DNA of 64,000 nucleotides. It comes from an uncultured Gammaproteobacteria bacterium. GTDB lineage: Bacteria > Patescibacteriota > Patescibacteriia > Buchananbacterales > UBA6539. The notes below the pieces were generated by a model that saw only the letters and a program-made list of their open reading frames with translations, was not told the DNA's origin and searched no databases. Location: assembly GCA_964540635.1 (NCBI GenBank), contig CAZINP010000002.1:20963-84962 (forward strand), read 5' to 3'. Each line of letters opens with the position of its first letter. The first letter of the stretch is position 1. Shown here piece by piece: positions 55,731 through 64,000 of this stretch. Position numbers and translations under genes: made by a program.

Positions 55731-57032
55731 ATGAAATTAGCCATTATCGGAACCGGATATGTCGGATTAACCACCGGCGTTTGTTTGGCAGAACTTGGCC
55801 AGGACGTAATCTGCATTGACAATGATCCCGAAAAATTAAACAAATTAAATTCCGGAAAATCACCAATTTTTGAAGTTGGACTGGAAGAATTAATTAAAAA
55901 AAACATGGAAAACGGTCGGCTAAAGTTTTCCAATGAAATTGCTTCTGCGGTAAAAGAATCAGAAGTTATTTTTATTTGCGTTAATACTCCGCCAAAAGAA
56001 GACGGCCACGCTGATTTAAAATTTGTTGAAAAAGTTGCCCGAGAAATTGCTGCAAATCTAAACGATAATTACCGAGTTATAGTAGATAAAAGCACGGTGC
56101 CTGTAAGAACCGCTGAAAAAGTTAAGGAAACTATCTTAAGATATAGACCAGAAGCTAATTTTGATGTTGTTTCTAATCCCGAATTTCTCAAAGAAGGCAC
56201 AGCAGTTAAAGACACAATGGAGCCGGACAGAATTGTAATTGGTGCTGATACAGAAAAGGCTAAAAATAAAATGCTTGAAGTATATAAGCCCCTTATTGAT
56301 TCAACTCACGCGCCGGTAAAATTGGTTTCGGTCAGAAGCGCTGAATTAATTAAACACGGGGCTAACACATTTTTGGCGACCAAAATTTCATTTGCCAATT
56401 TGATTGCTCAAACCTGCGAAGAAGCCGGCGCGGACGCGCTAGAAGTTTTGGAATCAATCGGTTTGGATGAAAGAATCGGCTCGCAATTCTTAAAGCCAGG
56501 CATTGGCTTTGGAGGAAGCTGCTTTCCTAAAGATATTGCTGCCTACAAAAAAACCTTAGAGGTACTTGGGATTGATAACTCGTTTGTACAGGCAGTTGAA
56601 AAAATAAACGCAATGTCATTAAATAATTTTTTAAGAAAAATAGAAAGAGAACTTTGGGTTTTGGACGGAAAAACAATTGGAGTTTTAGGCTTAGCCTTTA
56701 AGGCAAATACAGATGATATTAGAAATGCGCCAGCGCTTAAATTAATCAAAAGTTTGGCCGGTGACGGGGCAATAATTCAAACCTACGACCCGCAAGCCAT
56801 GGAAAATACTAAAAAATTACTACCGGATTTGCTTTATAAAAATGATCCTTACGAAGTCGCTGCCGGGGCAGAAGCTTTAATTATTTGCACCGAGTGGGAT
56901 GAATTTAAAAACCTTGACCTTCAAAAAATCAAAGGATTGATGGTGGCACCCATAATTTTTGACGGCAGAAATATTTTTCAGCCCGATATGATTAAAAAAA
57001 TCGGCTTCAAATATTTTGGTGTTGGAAGATAG
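55731..57032 (+). CDS. ugd: UDP-glucose 6-dehydrogenase
   Basis: 'MKLAIIGTGYVGLTTGVCLAELG' NAD-binding; catalytic 'GFGGSCFPKD'; TTGACA-17-TAAAAT promoter upstream. Confidence 0.85.
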   Translation: MKLAIIGTGYVGLTTGVCLAELGQDVICIDNDPEKLNKLNSGKSPIFEVGLEELIKKNMENGRLKFSNEIASAVKESEVIFICVNTPPKEDGHADLKFVEKVAREIAANLNDNYRVIVDKSTVPVRTAEKVKETILRYRPEANFDVVSNPEFLKEGTAVKDTMEPDRIVIGADTEKAKNKMLEVYKPLIDSTHAPVKLVSVRSAELIKHGANTFLATKISFANLIAQTCEEAGADALEVLESIGLDERIGSQFLKPGIGFGGSCFPKDIAAYKKTLEVLGIDNSFVQAVEKINAMSLNNFLRKIERELWVLDGKTIGVLGLAFKANTDDIRNAPALKLIKSLAGDGAIIQTYDPQAMENTKKLLPDLLYKNDPYEVAAGAEALIICTEWDEFKNLDLQKIKGLMVAPIIFDGRNIFQPDMIKKIGFKYFGVGR

Positions 57033-57051
57033 CTGAAGATAAAATATATAA

Positions 57052-57077
57052 AAAACTGCGATTTTTTGCAGTTTTTT
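57052..57077. terminator. bidirectional intrinsic terminator
   Basis: AAAACTGCgattttttGCAGTTTT. Confidence 0.5.
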
Positions 57078-57106
57078 ATTTTTAATTTTAATGCTATAAT
57101 TTATTT

Positions 57107-58249
57107 ATGAAAAATCAAATAACTTCATTTGCAACCTTTTGTGCAACCATAATCGGTGTCGGTCTTTTTGGCTTGCCGTTTGCTGCTTCAAAAATTGGAT
57201 ACTATCCGATGCTGGTTTATTTTGGCGTCCTGACAATCGCCTCAATATTAGTCAATCAAATTTATGCAGAAATTTGTTTGCGCACAAGCAGCAACCATCG
57301 TCTTCCCGGGTTTGCCGGAATATATCTTGGCAAAAGAGCAAAGATTATTTCAATTTTTTCTACAATTATTGGCCTTTTGGGCTCAAATTTAGCTTATATT
57401 GTTGTTGGCGGAACCTTCTTGTTCTATCTTTTAAATCCGGTTTTTGGTCAGAGTGAAACCGTATACATTATTGCTTTTTTCGTCCCCGGTGCAATTTTAG
57501 CCCTTCTTGATTCTAAATCTTTTTCTCGCACAGAACTTGGCGGTTTAGTAATAATTTCTTTGATCGTTATTTTTATGTTATTCAGCAGTCTGCCTAAGAT
57601 TGATATTGAAAACATGCTTTATTACGATTTCTCTTTTAGAAATTTATTCTTGCCCTACGGCGTTATTTTATTTTCCTTATCCGGCATGTCAATTATTCCT
57701 GAGGTAATTGAACGCCTTAAGCCTGAAACTAAAAACGCCAAAGAAATTATTGCTTTAGGTATAGTTTTTTGCGCGGCAATTTATATTGTATTTACTTTTT
57801 TAGTTTTAGGCGTTACCGGAAAAAATACAACCGAAGATGCCTTGACCGGATTAAATAATTTTTTAGGTAATAAAATTTTAATTGCCGGATACGCCTTGGG
57901 CGTGCTGGCAACTTTTACGTCATATATCAGTTCGGCCATTACCATAAAGAAAATATTTATTTACGATATAAATTTCAAACCACTTCTGGCCTGGGGATTA
58001 GCCATTTCAATTCCAATAATGCTGTTTCTGTTTGGCGTCAATGATTTTATTATGATTATCAGCTTTGTTGGGGCGGTAACCATGGGAATTGATAGCTTCA
58101 TGGTTTTTCTCATTTACCGTAAAGCGCTTAAAATGGGGGATAGAAAGCCAGAATTTGAGCTTAAATTGAGTCCAATCGTTATTTATTCATTGGGTGCCAT
58201 GTTTTTATTTGGTGCCGGTTTAGAAATATTTTTTACGGTTTTTAAATAA
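57107..58249 (+). CDS. amino-acid permease of the Trp/Tyr (HAAAP) family, putative
   Basis: 11 TMs; N-terminus 'MKNQITSFATFCATIIGVGLFGLPFAAS' resembles the TyrP/Mtr start (MKN..GS..IVAGT.IGAGMLAMPLA). Confidence 0.5.
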   Translation: MKNQITSFATFCATIIGVGLFGLPFAASKIGYYPMLVYFGVLTIASILVNQIYAEICLRTSSNHRLPGFAGIYLGKRAKIISIFSTIIGLLGSNLAYIVVGGTFLFYLLNPVFGQSETVYIIAFFVPGAILALLDSKSFSRTELGGLVIISLIVIFMLFSSLPKIDIENMLYYDFSFRNLFLPYGVILFSLSGMSIIPEVIERLKPETKNAKEIIALGIVFCAAIYIVFTFLVLGVTGKNTTEDALTGLNNFLGNKILIAGYALGVLATFTSYISSAITIKKIFIYDINFKPLLAWGLAISIPIMLFLFGVNDFIMIISFVGAVTMGIDSFMVFLIYRKALKMGDRKPEFELKLSPIVIYSLGAMFLFGAGLEIFFTVFK

Positions 58250-58337
58250 AAAAACAGAGAGACGCCAATAGGGTGTTTTTTTATTTAACAAAATATAATA
58301 TCTCTTGACACTTGTTAAATTGTTATATATTATATAA

Positions 58338-58364
58338 TTAGCACTCAAACACTAAGAGTGCTAA
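58338..58364 (+). promoter_or_regulatory. CIRCE operator (HrcA binding site) upstream of clpB
   Basis: TTAGCACTC-aaacactaa-GAGTGCTAA is a perfect match to the CIRCE consensus TTAGCACTC-N9-GAGTGCTAA; a TTGACA-17-TATTAT promoter lies immediately upstream. Confidence 0.85.
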
Positions 58365-58373
58365 TAAACAACT

Positions 58374-60989
58374 ATGCTAAATCCACAAAAATTAACAATA
58401 AAAGCTCAGGAAGCATTGCAAATTGCCCTGGAATTGGCCATGGAAAGAAATCAGCAGCAAATTTCCGTGGCGCATTTATTATTGGCTCTGATCGAGCAAG
58501 AAGATGGCGTTGTTTTACCCATTTTTAAAAAGCTGGAAGTTGACCTTGTCAAATTAAGAAATCAACTTCAAAAAATAATTGGCAATATACCGGAAGGTTC
58601 GACTAATGGCAGTATTCAGCCTTTTATGGAAGCATCATTACAAAAAAGTTTTATTTCCGCTGAAAATCAAGCAAAAAATTTAGGCGATGAATATATCAGC
58701 ACCGAACATTTTCTTTTGGGTATACTCGAGGTTAAATCTGAGACTTCCGATTATTTAAAAGCAATCAACATTGACTATCAAGAGGTTTTAAAAGTTTTGA
58801 AAGAAATCAGAGGAACTCACCGGGTTATTGATCAAGATCCCGAAAGCCAATATCAGGCCCTGAAAAAATACGGGATTAATTTAACCGATCAAGCCCGAGC
58901 CGGCAAATTGGATCCGATAATCGGCCGCGATCAAGAGATAAGACGGGTGATGCAAGTTTTGTCGCGCAAAACCAAAAACAATCCGGTTCTTATTGGTGAA
59001 CCAGGCACAGGTAAAACCGCCATCGTTGAAGGCTTAGCCCAAAGAATTGTGGCCGGTGATGTGCCTGAGAATATAAAAAGCAAGGAGGTTATCACTCTTG
59101 ATATCGGCAGCTTAGTGGCCGGCAGTAAGTTCAGAGGTGAATTTGAAAATCGCTTAAAAGCCGTTCTTAAAGAAGTTGAGGCTTCAGCCGGCAAAATTAT
59201 AATTTTTATTGACGAATTACACTTGGTGGTAGGCGCCGGCGGTTCCGAAGGAGCGGTTGATGCGGCCAATATGCTTAAACCCGCTTTGGCTCGCGGCACA
59301 CTTCATGCCATTGGCGCTACAACAATCAAAGAATATCAAAAATATATTGAAAAAGATGCGGCCCTGGAAAGACGCTTTCAGCCGGTTTTGGTCGGAGAAC
59401 CGACAATTGAAGATACAATTGCAATTCTTCGGGGCATTAAAGAAAAATATGAGGTTCATCACGGCGTTAAAATTACCGACAACGCTTTAGTGGCTGCCGC
59501 CAATTTATCAACCAGATATATTTCTGACAGATTTCTACCGGATAAAGCCATTGATTTAATTGATGAAGCGACTTCGGCGCTAAGAATGGAAATTGACTCG
59601 ATGCCGGACGAATTGGATACTTTAAAAAGAAAGATCATCCAGCTCGAAATTGAGAAACAAGCTCTTAAAAAAGAAAATAACGATCAAAGCAAAAAACGTC
59701 TTAGAGATCTGGAAAAAGAAATGGCCAATCTCAGGGAAAAGAGCAACCAAATAGAAATTCATTGGCAAAACGAAAAGAACCTGATTAAAAAAATTCAGGA
59801 GAACAAAAATCTTATTGACCAATTAAAAAATGAAGCTGAAATTGCCGAACGAAAAGGGGAGCTGGAACGTGTGGCAGAAATTAAATACGGAAAAATACCG
59901 AGCTTGGAAAAAGAGATTAAAAAACTCTACAACTCTTTGACCGAAATTCAAAGAGACAAAAAGATGCTTAAGGAAGAAGTCACGGCCGAAGATATTGCCG
60001 CGGTGGTTTCTCGCTGGACAGGCATTCCCGTTTCAAAAATGCTTGAAAGCGAAAGCCATAAATTGTTGAATTTGGAAGAAGAATTAAAACAACGCATTAT
60101 CGGACAAGACAAAGCGATTTCAGCCATTGCCAACGCCGTCAGACGTTCTCGGGCCGGAATTTCGGAAGAAAACAGGCCAATTGGCACATTTATGTTCCTT
60201 GGCCCAACCGGTGTGGGTAAAACCGAAACCGCCAAAGCCTTAGCGGAATTTATGTTCAACGACGACAAATCGCTTGTAAGAGTTGATATGTCTGAATATA
60301 TGGAAAAATACAGCGTAAGTAAAATCATCGGCTCACCTCCCGGATATGTCGGTTATGAAGAAGGTGGTCAACTTACCGAAATTATCAGACGCCGTCCCTA
60401 TGCGGTAATCTTGTTTGATGAAATTGAAAAAGCCCACCCTGACGTTTTTAACATTTTACTTCAAATTCTAGACGAAGGAAGATTAACAGATGCCAAAGGC
60501 AGGGTTGTTAATTTCAAAAATACGATAATTATTTTGACCTCAAACCTTGGCAGCGATGTTATCAAAGAATTTTCATTGGGATTTACCGACAAGGAAAGAG
60601 ACGGCAAAATTGACCAAAAAGAAATGGAGGCTCAAATCACTGATATTTTACATCGCTCATTCAAACCGGAATTCCTAAACCGCTTAGATGAATTAATTAT
60701 CTTTTCTTCACTCAAGCAGTCCGAGATCAGAAAAATTGTTGATTTGCAACTCAAAAAGATATCAACCAGATTATTGGAAAAAGAAATTAAAATTGATGCC
60801 ACCTCAAAGCTAAAAGATTATTTGGCCAAAACCGGTTATGATCCGATTTATGGCGCCAGGCCAATTAAGCGATTGATTCAGGAAAAAATTCTTGACGAGC
60901 TGGCCATGAAAATTATTGAGGGTAAAGTCACCCGAGGACAAAAAATCAAAATTGACCTTGGACCCAAAGACGAAATTATCATCAAATAA
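58374..60989 (+). CDS. clpB: chaperone ClpB (Hsp100, with M-domain coiled coil)
   Basis: Clp_N repeats; NBD1 '[17 protein letters not shown]' / 'IIFIDELH'; long coiled-coil middle domain; NBD2 '[16 protein letters not shown]' / '[13 protein letters not shown]'. Confidence 0.9.
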   Translation: MLNPQKLTIKAQEALQIALELAMERNQQQISVAHLLLALIEQEDGVVLPIFKKLEVDLVKLRNQLQKIIGNIPEGSTNGSIQPFMEASLQKSFISAENQAKNLGDEYISTEHFLLGILEVKSETSDYLKAINIDYQEVLKVLKEIRGTHRVIDQDPESQYQALKKYGINLTDQARAGKLDPIIGRDQEIRRVMQVLSRKTKNNPVLIGEPGTGKTAIVEGLAQRIVAGDVPENIKSKEVITLDIGSLVAGSKFRGEFENRLKAVLKEVEASAGKIIIFIDELHLVVGAGGSEGAVDAANMLKPALARGTLHAIGATTIKEYQKYIEKDAALERRFQPVLVGEPTIEDTIAILRGIKEKYEVHHGVKITDNALVAAANLSTRYISDRFLPDKAIDLIDEATSALRMEIDSMPDELDTLKRKIIQLEIEKQALKKENNDQSKKRLRDLEKEMANLREKSNQIEIHWQNEKNLIKKIQENKNLIDQLKNEAEIAERKGELERVAEIKYGKIPSLEKEIKKLYNSLTEIQRDKKMLKEEVTAEDIAAVVSRWTGIPVSKMLESESHKLLNLEEELKQRIIGQDKAISAIANAVRRSRAGISEENRPIGTFMFLGPTGVGKTETAKALAEFMFNDDKSLVRVDMSEYMEKYSVSKIIGSPPGYVGYEEGGQLTEIIRRRPYAVILFDEIEKAHPDVFNILLQILDEGRLTDAKGRVVNFKNTIIILTSNLGSDVIKEFSLGFTDKERDGKIDQKEMEAQITDILHRSFKPEFLNRLDELIIFSSLKQSEIRKIVDLQLKKISTRLLEKEIKIDATSKLKDYLAKTGYDPIYGARPIKRLIQEKILDELAMKIIEGKVTRGQKIKIDLGPKDEIIIK

Positions 60990-60990
60990 A

Positions 60991-61018
60991 AAATAGTCCC
61001 GTAAAACGGGACTATTTT
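60991..61018. terminator. bidirectional intrinsic terminator between clpB and the acidic-protein gene
   Basis: AAATAGTCCCGtaaaaCGGGACTATTT. Confidence 0.65.
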
Positions 61019-61030
61019 TATGATATACAA

Positions 61031-61183
61031 TTACGACCGATTAAAATTCTTCTTCACCATCACCCTCTTCAGCCTCATCTTCGTCTTCATCAAAATCCAT
61101 GTCATCATCGTCTTCTGAATAATCATCGTCACCCATATCGTCGGCTGGGGTGGTTGTTAATTCTTCATCATCGTTAAAATACA
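61031..61183 (-). CDS. small hyper-acidic protein (50 aa, ~60% Asp/Glu), not in ORF track
   Basis: Minus-strand ATG at 61183 preceded by SD 'GAGGAG' 8 nt upstream. Translation is MYFNDDEELTTTPADDMGDDDYSEDDDDMDFDEDEDEAEEGDGEEEF*. A terminator follows. Confidence 0.5.
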
Positions 61184-61341
61184 TTATTTTAACTCCTCTT
61201 AAGTCTCGCTTGCGCGGACTTTATTTATTAATAAAACTATTCTAAATTATATCTAATCCAATAGGCGTGTCAAGTGGAAAAATATAGATAAAATTTTAGC
61301 TAAAATTTGCCACAGAACAAAACAGCAAGTATAATAAAAAT

Positions 61342-62439
61342 ATGAAAAATAATGAAAAAAAATCAAAGAAAAAAAGGGTTTGCATCGCTCTCTCCGGCGG
61401 TGTGGACTCTTCGGTTGCCGCCGCTTTAATAAAAAAGTCAGGTTTTGAATGTATTGGAATTTTTATGAAACTCTGGCACGATCCGCTTTCAAAATCTTGC
61501 CGCGAAAATCTTTGCTGCTCCTCAGAAGCCTTTGAAGATGCCAGAAAAGTGGCACATAAACTTGGTTTTGCCTTATATACTTTTGATTATTCAAAACAAT
61601 TCAAAAAAGAAATTGTTGATTATTTTTTAAAAGAACACCAAAAGGGGAATACGCCTAACCCGTGCGTTGCCTGCAATAAATTTATCAAATTTGACCTCTT
61701 GCTTAAAACCGCACTCAATTTAAACTGCGACTACTTGGCTACCGGGCACTATCTTAAAATTAAACAAGACAAATCATCAAAAAAATATAAAGTTTTTCAG
61801 GGCAAAGATAAAAATAAGGACCAATCATATTTTTTATACAATCTCAAACAAAAACAATTAAAAAACTTGCTCTTCCCCTTGGGTGATTTGGAAAAAAGTC
61901 AGGTTAGAAAAATTGCCAAAAAACTCGGCTTAAGTGTTTATCAAAAAAAAGAAAGCCAAGAAATTTGTTTTATTTCAGAAAAAGATCGTTATCCATTTTT
62001 TAAAAACTATCTAAAAGCAAAAGCTGGTGAGATTATTGACCAAAAAGGAATTAAAGTGGGGGAGCATCTTGGCTATTCTCTATATACTCCCGGGCAAAGA
62101 AAGGGGTTAAAAATCGGCTCCGGCAACGGACCGTATTATGTTAATAAAATTTCACCGAGACAAAATATTGTTTTTGTCACAAACGATTCGCAAGATAAAA
62201 ATCTTTTTACCAAAAACTTTAAAATTAAAAATATAAACTGGATATCGCAAGAACCAAATTCCAAAAAAGCCCTTAAAGTCAAAATAAGGCACCAATCAAA
62301 ATTACTTGAAGCAAAAATATCAGGCAACAAAGTAACCTTAAAAAAACCGGCCCGTTCCGTAGTGCCCGGCCAATCTGCAGTTTTTTATCACAAAAACGAG
62401 CTCCTTGGTGGCGGGATAATCAGTTCAATTAATAAATAA
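61342..62439 (+). CDS. mnmA: tRNA-specific 2-thiouridylase
   Basis: PP-loop 'CIALSGGVDSSVAAAL'; 'NPCVACNKFIKFD'. Confidence 0.85.
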   Translation: MKNNEKKSKKKRVCIALSGGVDSSVAAALIKKSGFECIGIFMKLWHDPLSKSCRENLCCSSEAFEDARKVAHKLGFALYTFDYSKQFKKEIVDYFLKEHQKGNTPNPCVACNKFIKFDLLLKTALNLNCDYLATGHYLKIKQDKSSKKYKVFQGKDKNKDQSYFLYNLKQKQLKNLLFPLGDLEKSQVRKIAKKLGLSVYQKKESQEICFISEKDRYPFFKNYLKAKAGEIIDQKGIKVGEHLGYSLYTPGQRKGLKIGSGNGPYYVNKISPRQNIVFVTNDSQDKNLFTKNFKIKNINWISQEPNSKKALKVKIRHQSKLLEAKISGNKVTLKKPARSVVPGQSAVFYHKNELLGGGIISSINK

Positions 62440-62476
62440 GTTGATTTTTAAGGATATTTAAGCTAATATATTTGAT

Positions 62477-64000
62477 ATGATTACAAGAAATGAATTAATT
62501 GAAAAATATTTAAACTTCTTTAAAGAGCGCAAACACTCAATAATTCCGAGTGCTTCTTTAATTCCCGAAAATGACCCAACCGTCCTTTTTACGACAGCCG
62601 GTATGCACCCGCTTGTCCCTTATCTTTTGGGCGAAAAGCATCCTCAAGGCACCAGATTGTGTGATACGCAAAAATGCATTCGTACCGGCGATATTGATGA
62701 TGTGGGCGATAACACCCATCTGACCTTTTTTGAAATGCTGGGCAATTGGTCGCTTGGTGACTACTGGAAAAAAGACATGATTACCTGGAGTTTTGAATTT
62801 TTAACCAAAGAATTAAACATTCCGCTTGAGAAATTGGGCGTCACTTGTTTTGCCGGCGATGACGACGCGCCACGTGATAACGAATCAGCGGAAATCTGGA
62901 AAAGCTTGGGTGTAAATGAAAAAAGGGTTGCCTTTTTACCCAAAGAAGATAATTGGTGGGGCCCAGCCGGCTTAACCGGACCTTGCGGGCCGGACTCGGA
63001 AATGTTTTATTGGACCGGAACCGAAGCGGCACCGGAAATTTTTGATCCCAAAGACAAAAGATGGGTTGAGATTTGGAATGACGTTTTCATGCAATATAAC
63101 AAGACATCTGAGGGAAAATATATTGAGTTAGAGCAAAAAAATATTGATACCGGCATGGGCGTGGAAAGAACAGTTGCTGTTCTGAATGGATTTAATGACG
63201 TTTATTCGGACGCAAACATGCTTCCCATTATTACTAAAATAAAAGAGCTAAGCAAATCGGAAAATGAAAAATCAAGCCGAATAATTGCCGATCATTTAAG
63301 GGCGGCCACCTTCATTTTAGGCGATAAAAAAGGGATTGTTCCCTCAAATTTAGGCCAAGGTTATGTTTTAAGACGTTTAATCAGACGAGCGATTAGGCAC
63401 GGGAAACAAATAGGAATTGATAAAAATTTTACATCCTTGATTGCCCAAGAAGTAATTAATATTTTCCATCATGACTATCCGGAATTAAAACAAAACGAGA
63501 GGTTTATGATTTCTTCACTTGATGCCGAAGAAGAAAAATTTACAAAAACACTGGAAAACGGCCTAAAAGAATTTGATAAAATTTCAAAAAAAGACATAAC
63601 GGGAAAAGATGCTTTTATTTTGTTTACAACTTACGGCTTTCCCTTGGAAATGATAATTGAATTGGCGAAAGAAAAGATGATTAATGTTGATATAGTCGGA
63701 TTCGAAGAAGAGTTCAAAAAACACCAAGACTTATCTCGCCAAAGCGCTGAGGGAAAATTTAAAGGCGGCCTGGCTGATAATACCGAAGAAACCGCTAAAT
63801 TACACACCGCTACTCATTTGATGCTGGCGGCTCTCAGAAAAGTTTTGGGTGATCAGGTTTACCAAAAAGGCGCAAACATCACTGCCGAACGAATCAGATT
63901 TGACTTTTCTTATCCGGAAAAAATGACACCGGATCAAATAGAGAAAGTCCAAGACTTGGTTAATGAGCAAATCAAGAAGAAAATTGAAGTAAAATGCGAA
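62477..64000 (+). CDS. alaS: alanine--tRNA ligase (5' portion; continues beyond the window)
   Basis: 'MITRNELIEKYLNFFKERKHSIIPSASLIPENDPTVLFTTAGM' and 'FFEMLGNWSLGDY' are class II AlaRS N-terminal motifs; no stop codon before the window end. Confidence 0.85.
   Translation, partial: MITRNELIEKYLNFFKERKHSIIPSASLIPENDPTVLFTTAGMHPLVPYLLGEKHPQGTRLCDTQKCIRTGDIDDVGDNTHLTFFEMLGNWSLGDYWKKDMITWSFEFLTKELNIPLEKLGVTCFAGDDDAPRDNESAEIWKSLGVNEKRVAFLPKEDNWWGPAGLTGPCGPDSEMFYWTGTEAAPEIFDPKDKRWVEIWNDVFMQYNKTSEGKYIELEQKNIDTGMGVERTVAVLNGFNDVYSDANMLPIITKIKELSKSENEKSSRIIADHLRAATFILGDKKGIVPSNLGQGYVLRRLIRRAIRHGKQIGIDKNFTSLIAQEVINIFHHDYPELKQNERFMISSLDAEEEKFTKTLENGLKEFDKISKKDITGKDAFILFTTYGFPLEMIIELAKEKMINVDIVGFEEEFKKHQDLSRQSAEGKFKGGLADNTEETAKLHTATHLMLAALRKVLGDQVYQKGANITAERIRFDFSYPEKMTPDQIEKVQDLVNEQIKKKIEVKCE

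Noticed and set aside
59217-60328. Minus-strand ORFs inside clpB (59217-59462, 59622-59822, 59948-60328) and plus-strand 59257-59490
   Set aside because: They are embedded in a strongly conserved ClpB reading frame and are ORF-track noise.

Overview
The window is 64 kb of a compact, low-GC, gene-dense bacterial chromosome. Genes sit on both strands and often overlap by 4 bp at start and stop codons. The gene content is most consistent with a Candidate Phyla Radiation / Patescibacteria-like organism, which is an inference from content, not a database result. The supporting content is streamlined housekeeping genes, many unannotatable membrane and surface proteins, DUF4012-like and DUF11-like surface proteins, glycosyltransferase (GT4) clusters, a SecD carrying an inserted parvulin domain, and a Tgt without zinc-binding cysteines.

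Recognisable core genes are recJ, rnhA, hpf, an ABC-F ATPase, tspO, tgt, an alkD-like gene, rplU, recR, dnaB, fabG-like, dacA-like, ppiB, a ppiC-type PPIase, ftsE, ftsX, yidC, secD, secF, ugd, clpB, mnmA and the 5' part of alaS. There are four tRNAs: Lys-UUU, Thr-CGU, Gly-CCC and Gln-UUG. A bacterial type-A RNase P RNA lies on the minus strand; the ORF track does not show it and a spurious ORF overlaps it.

The unusual or accessory content is listed below.
- A REP/RAYT locus has palindromic REP elements (5'-GTAG...) both downstream of the IS200-like tyrosine transposase gene and inserted in-frame inside it.
- A 13-nt motif (ATCAACATAGCGC plus a hairpin) recurs upstream of four genes.
- Two paralogous lipoprotein genes, one of them frameshifted, precede a GC-enriched 4.2-kb gene. 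That gene encodes a giant secreted protein with M23 peptidase, CARDB and Ig-like (I-set) domains.
- A promoter-to-terminator delimited, GC-rich, roughly 240-nt structured RNA of unknown class lies next to rnpB.
- A membrane-anchored, zinc-ribbon-bearing Hsp100 paralogue has a degenerate first nucleotide-binding domain.
- An orphan 435-aa gene lies immediately downstream of tRNA-Gln.
- A polytopic membrane protein is followed by a soluble TrwB/VirD4-like ATPase with a C-terminal zinc ribbon.
- A perfect CIRCE operator lies in front of clpB.
- A 50-aa hyper-acidic protein gene has a strong SD and a terminator but is absent from the ORF track.
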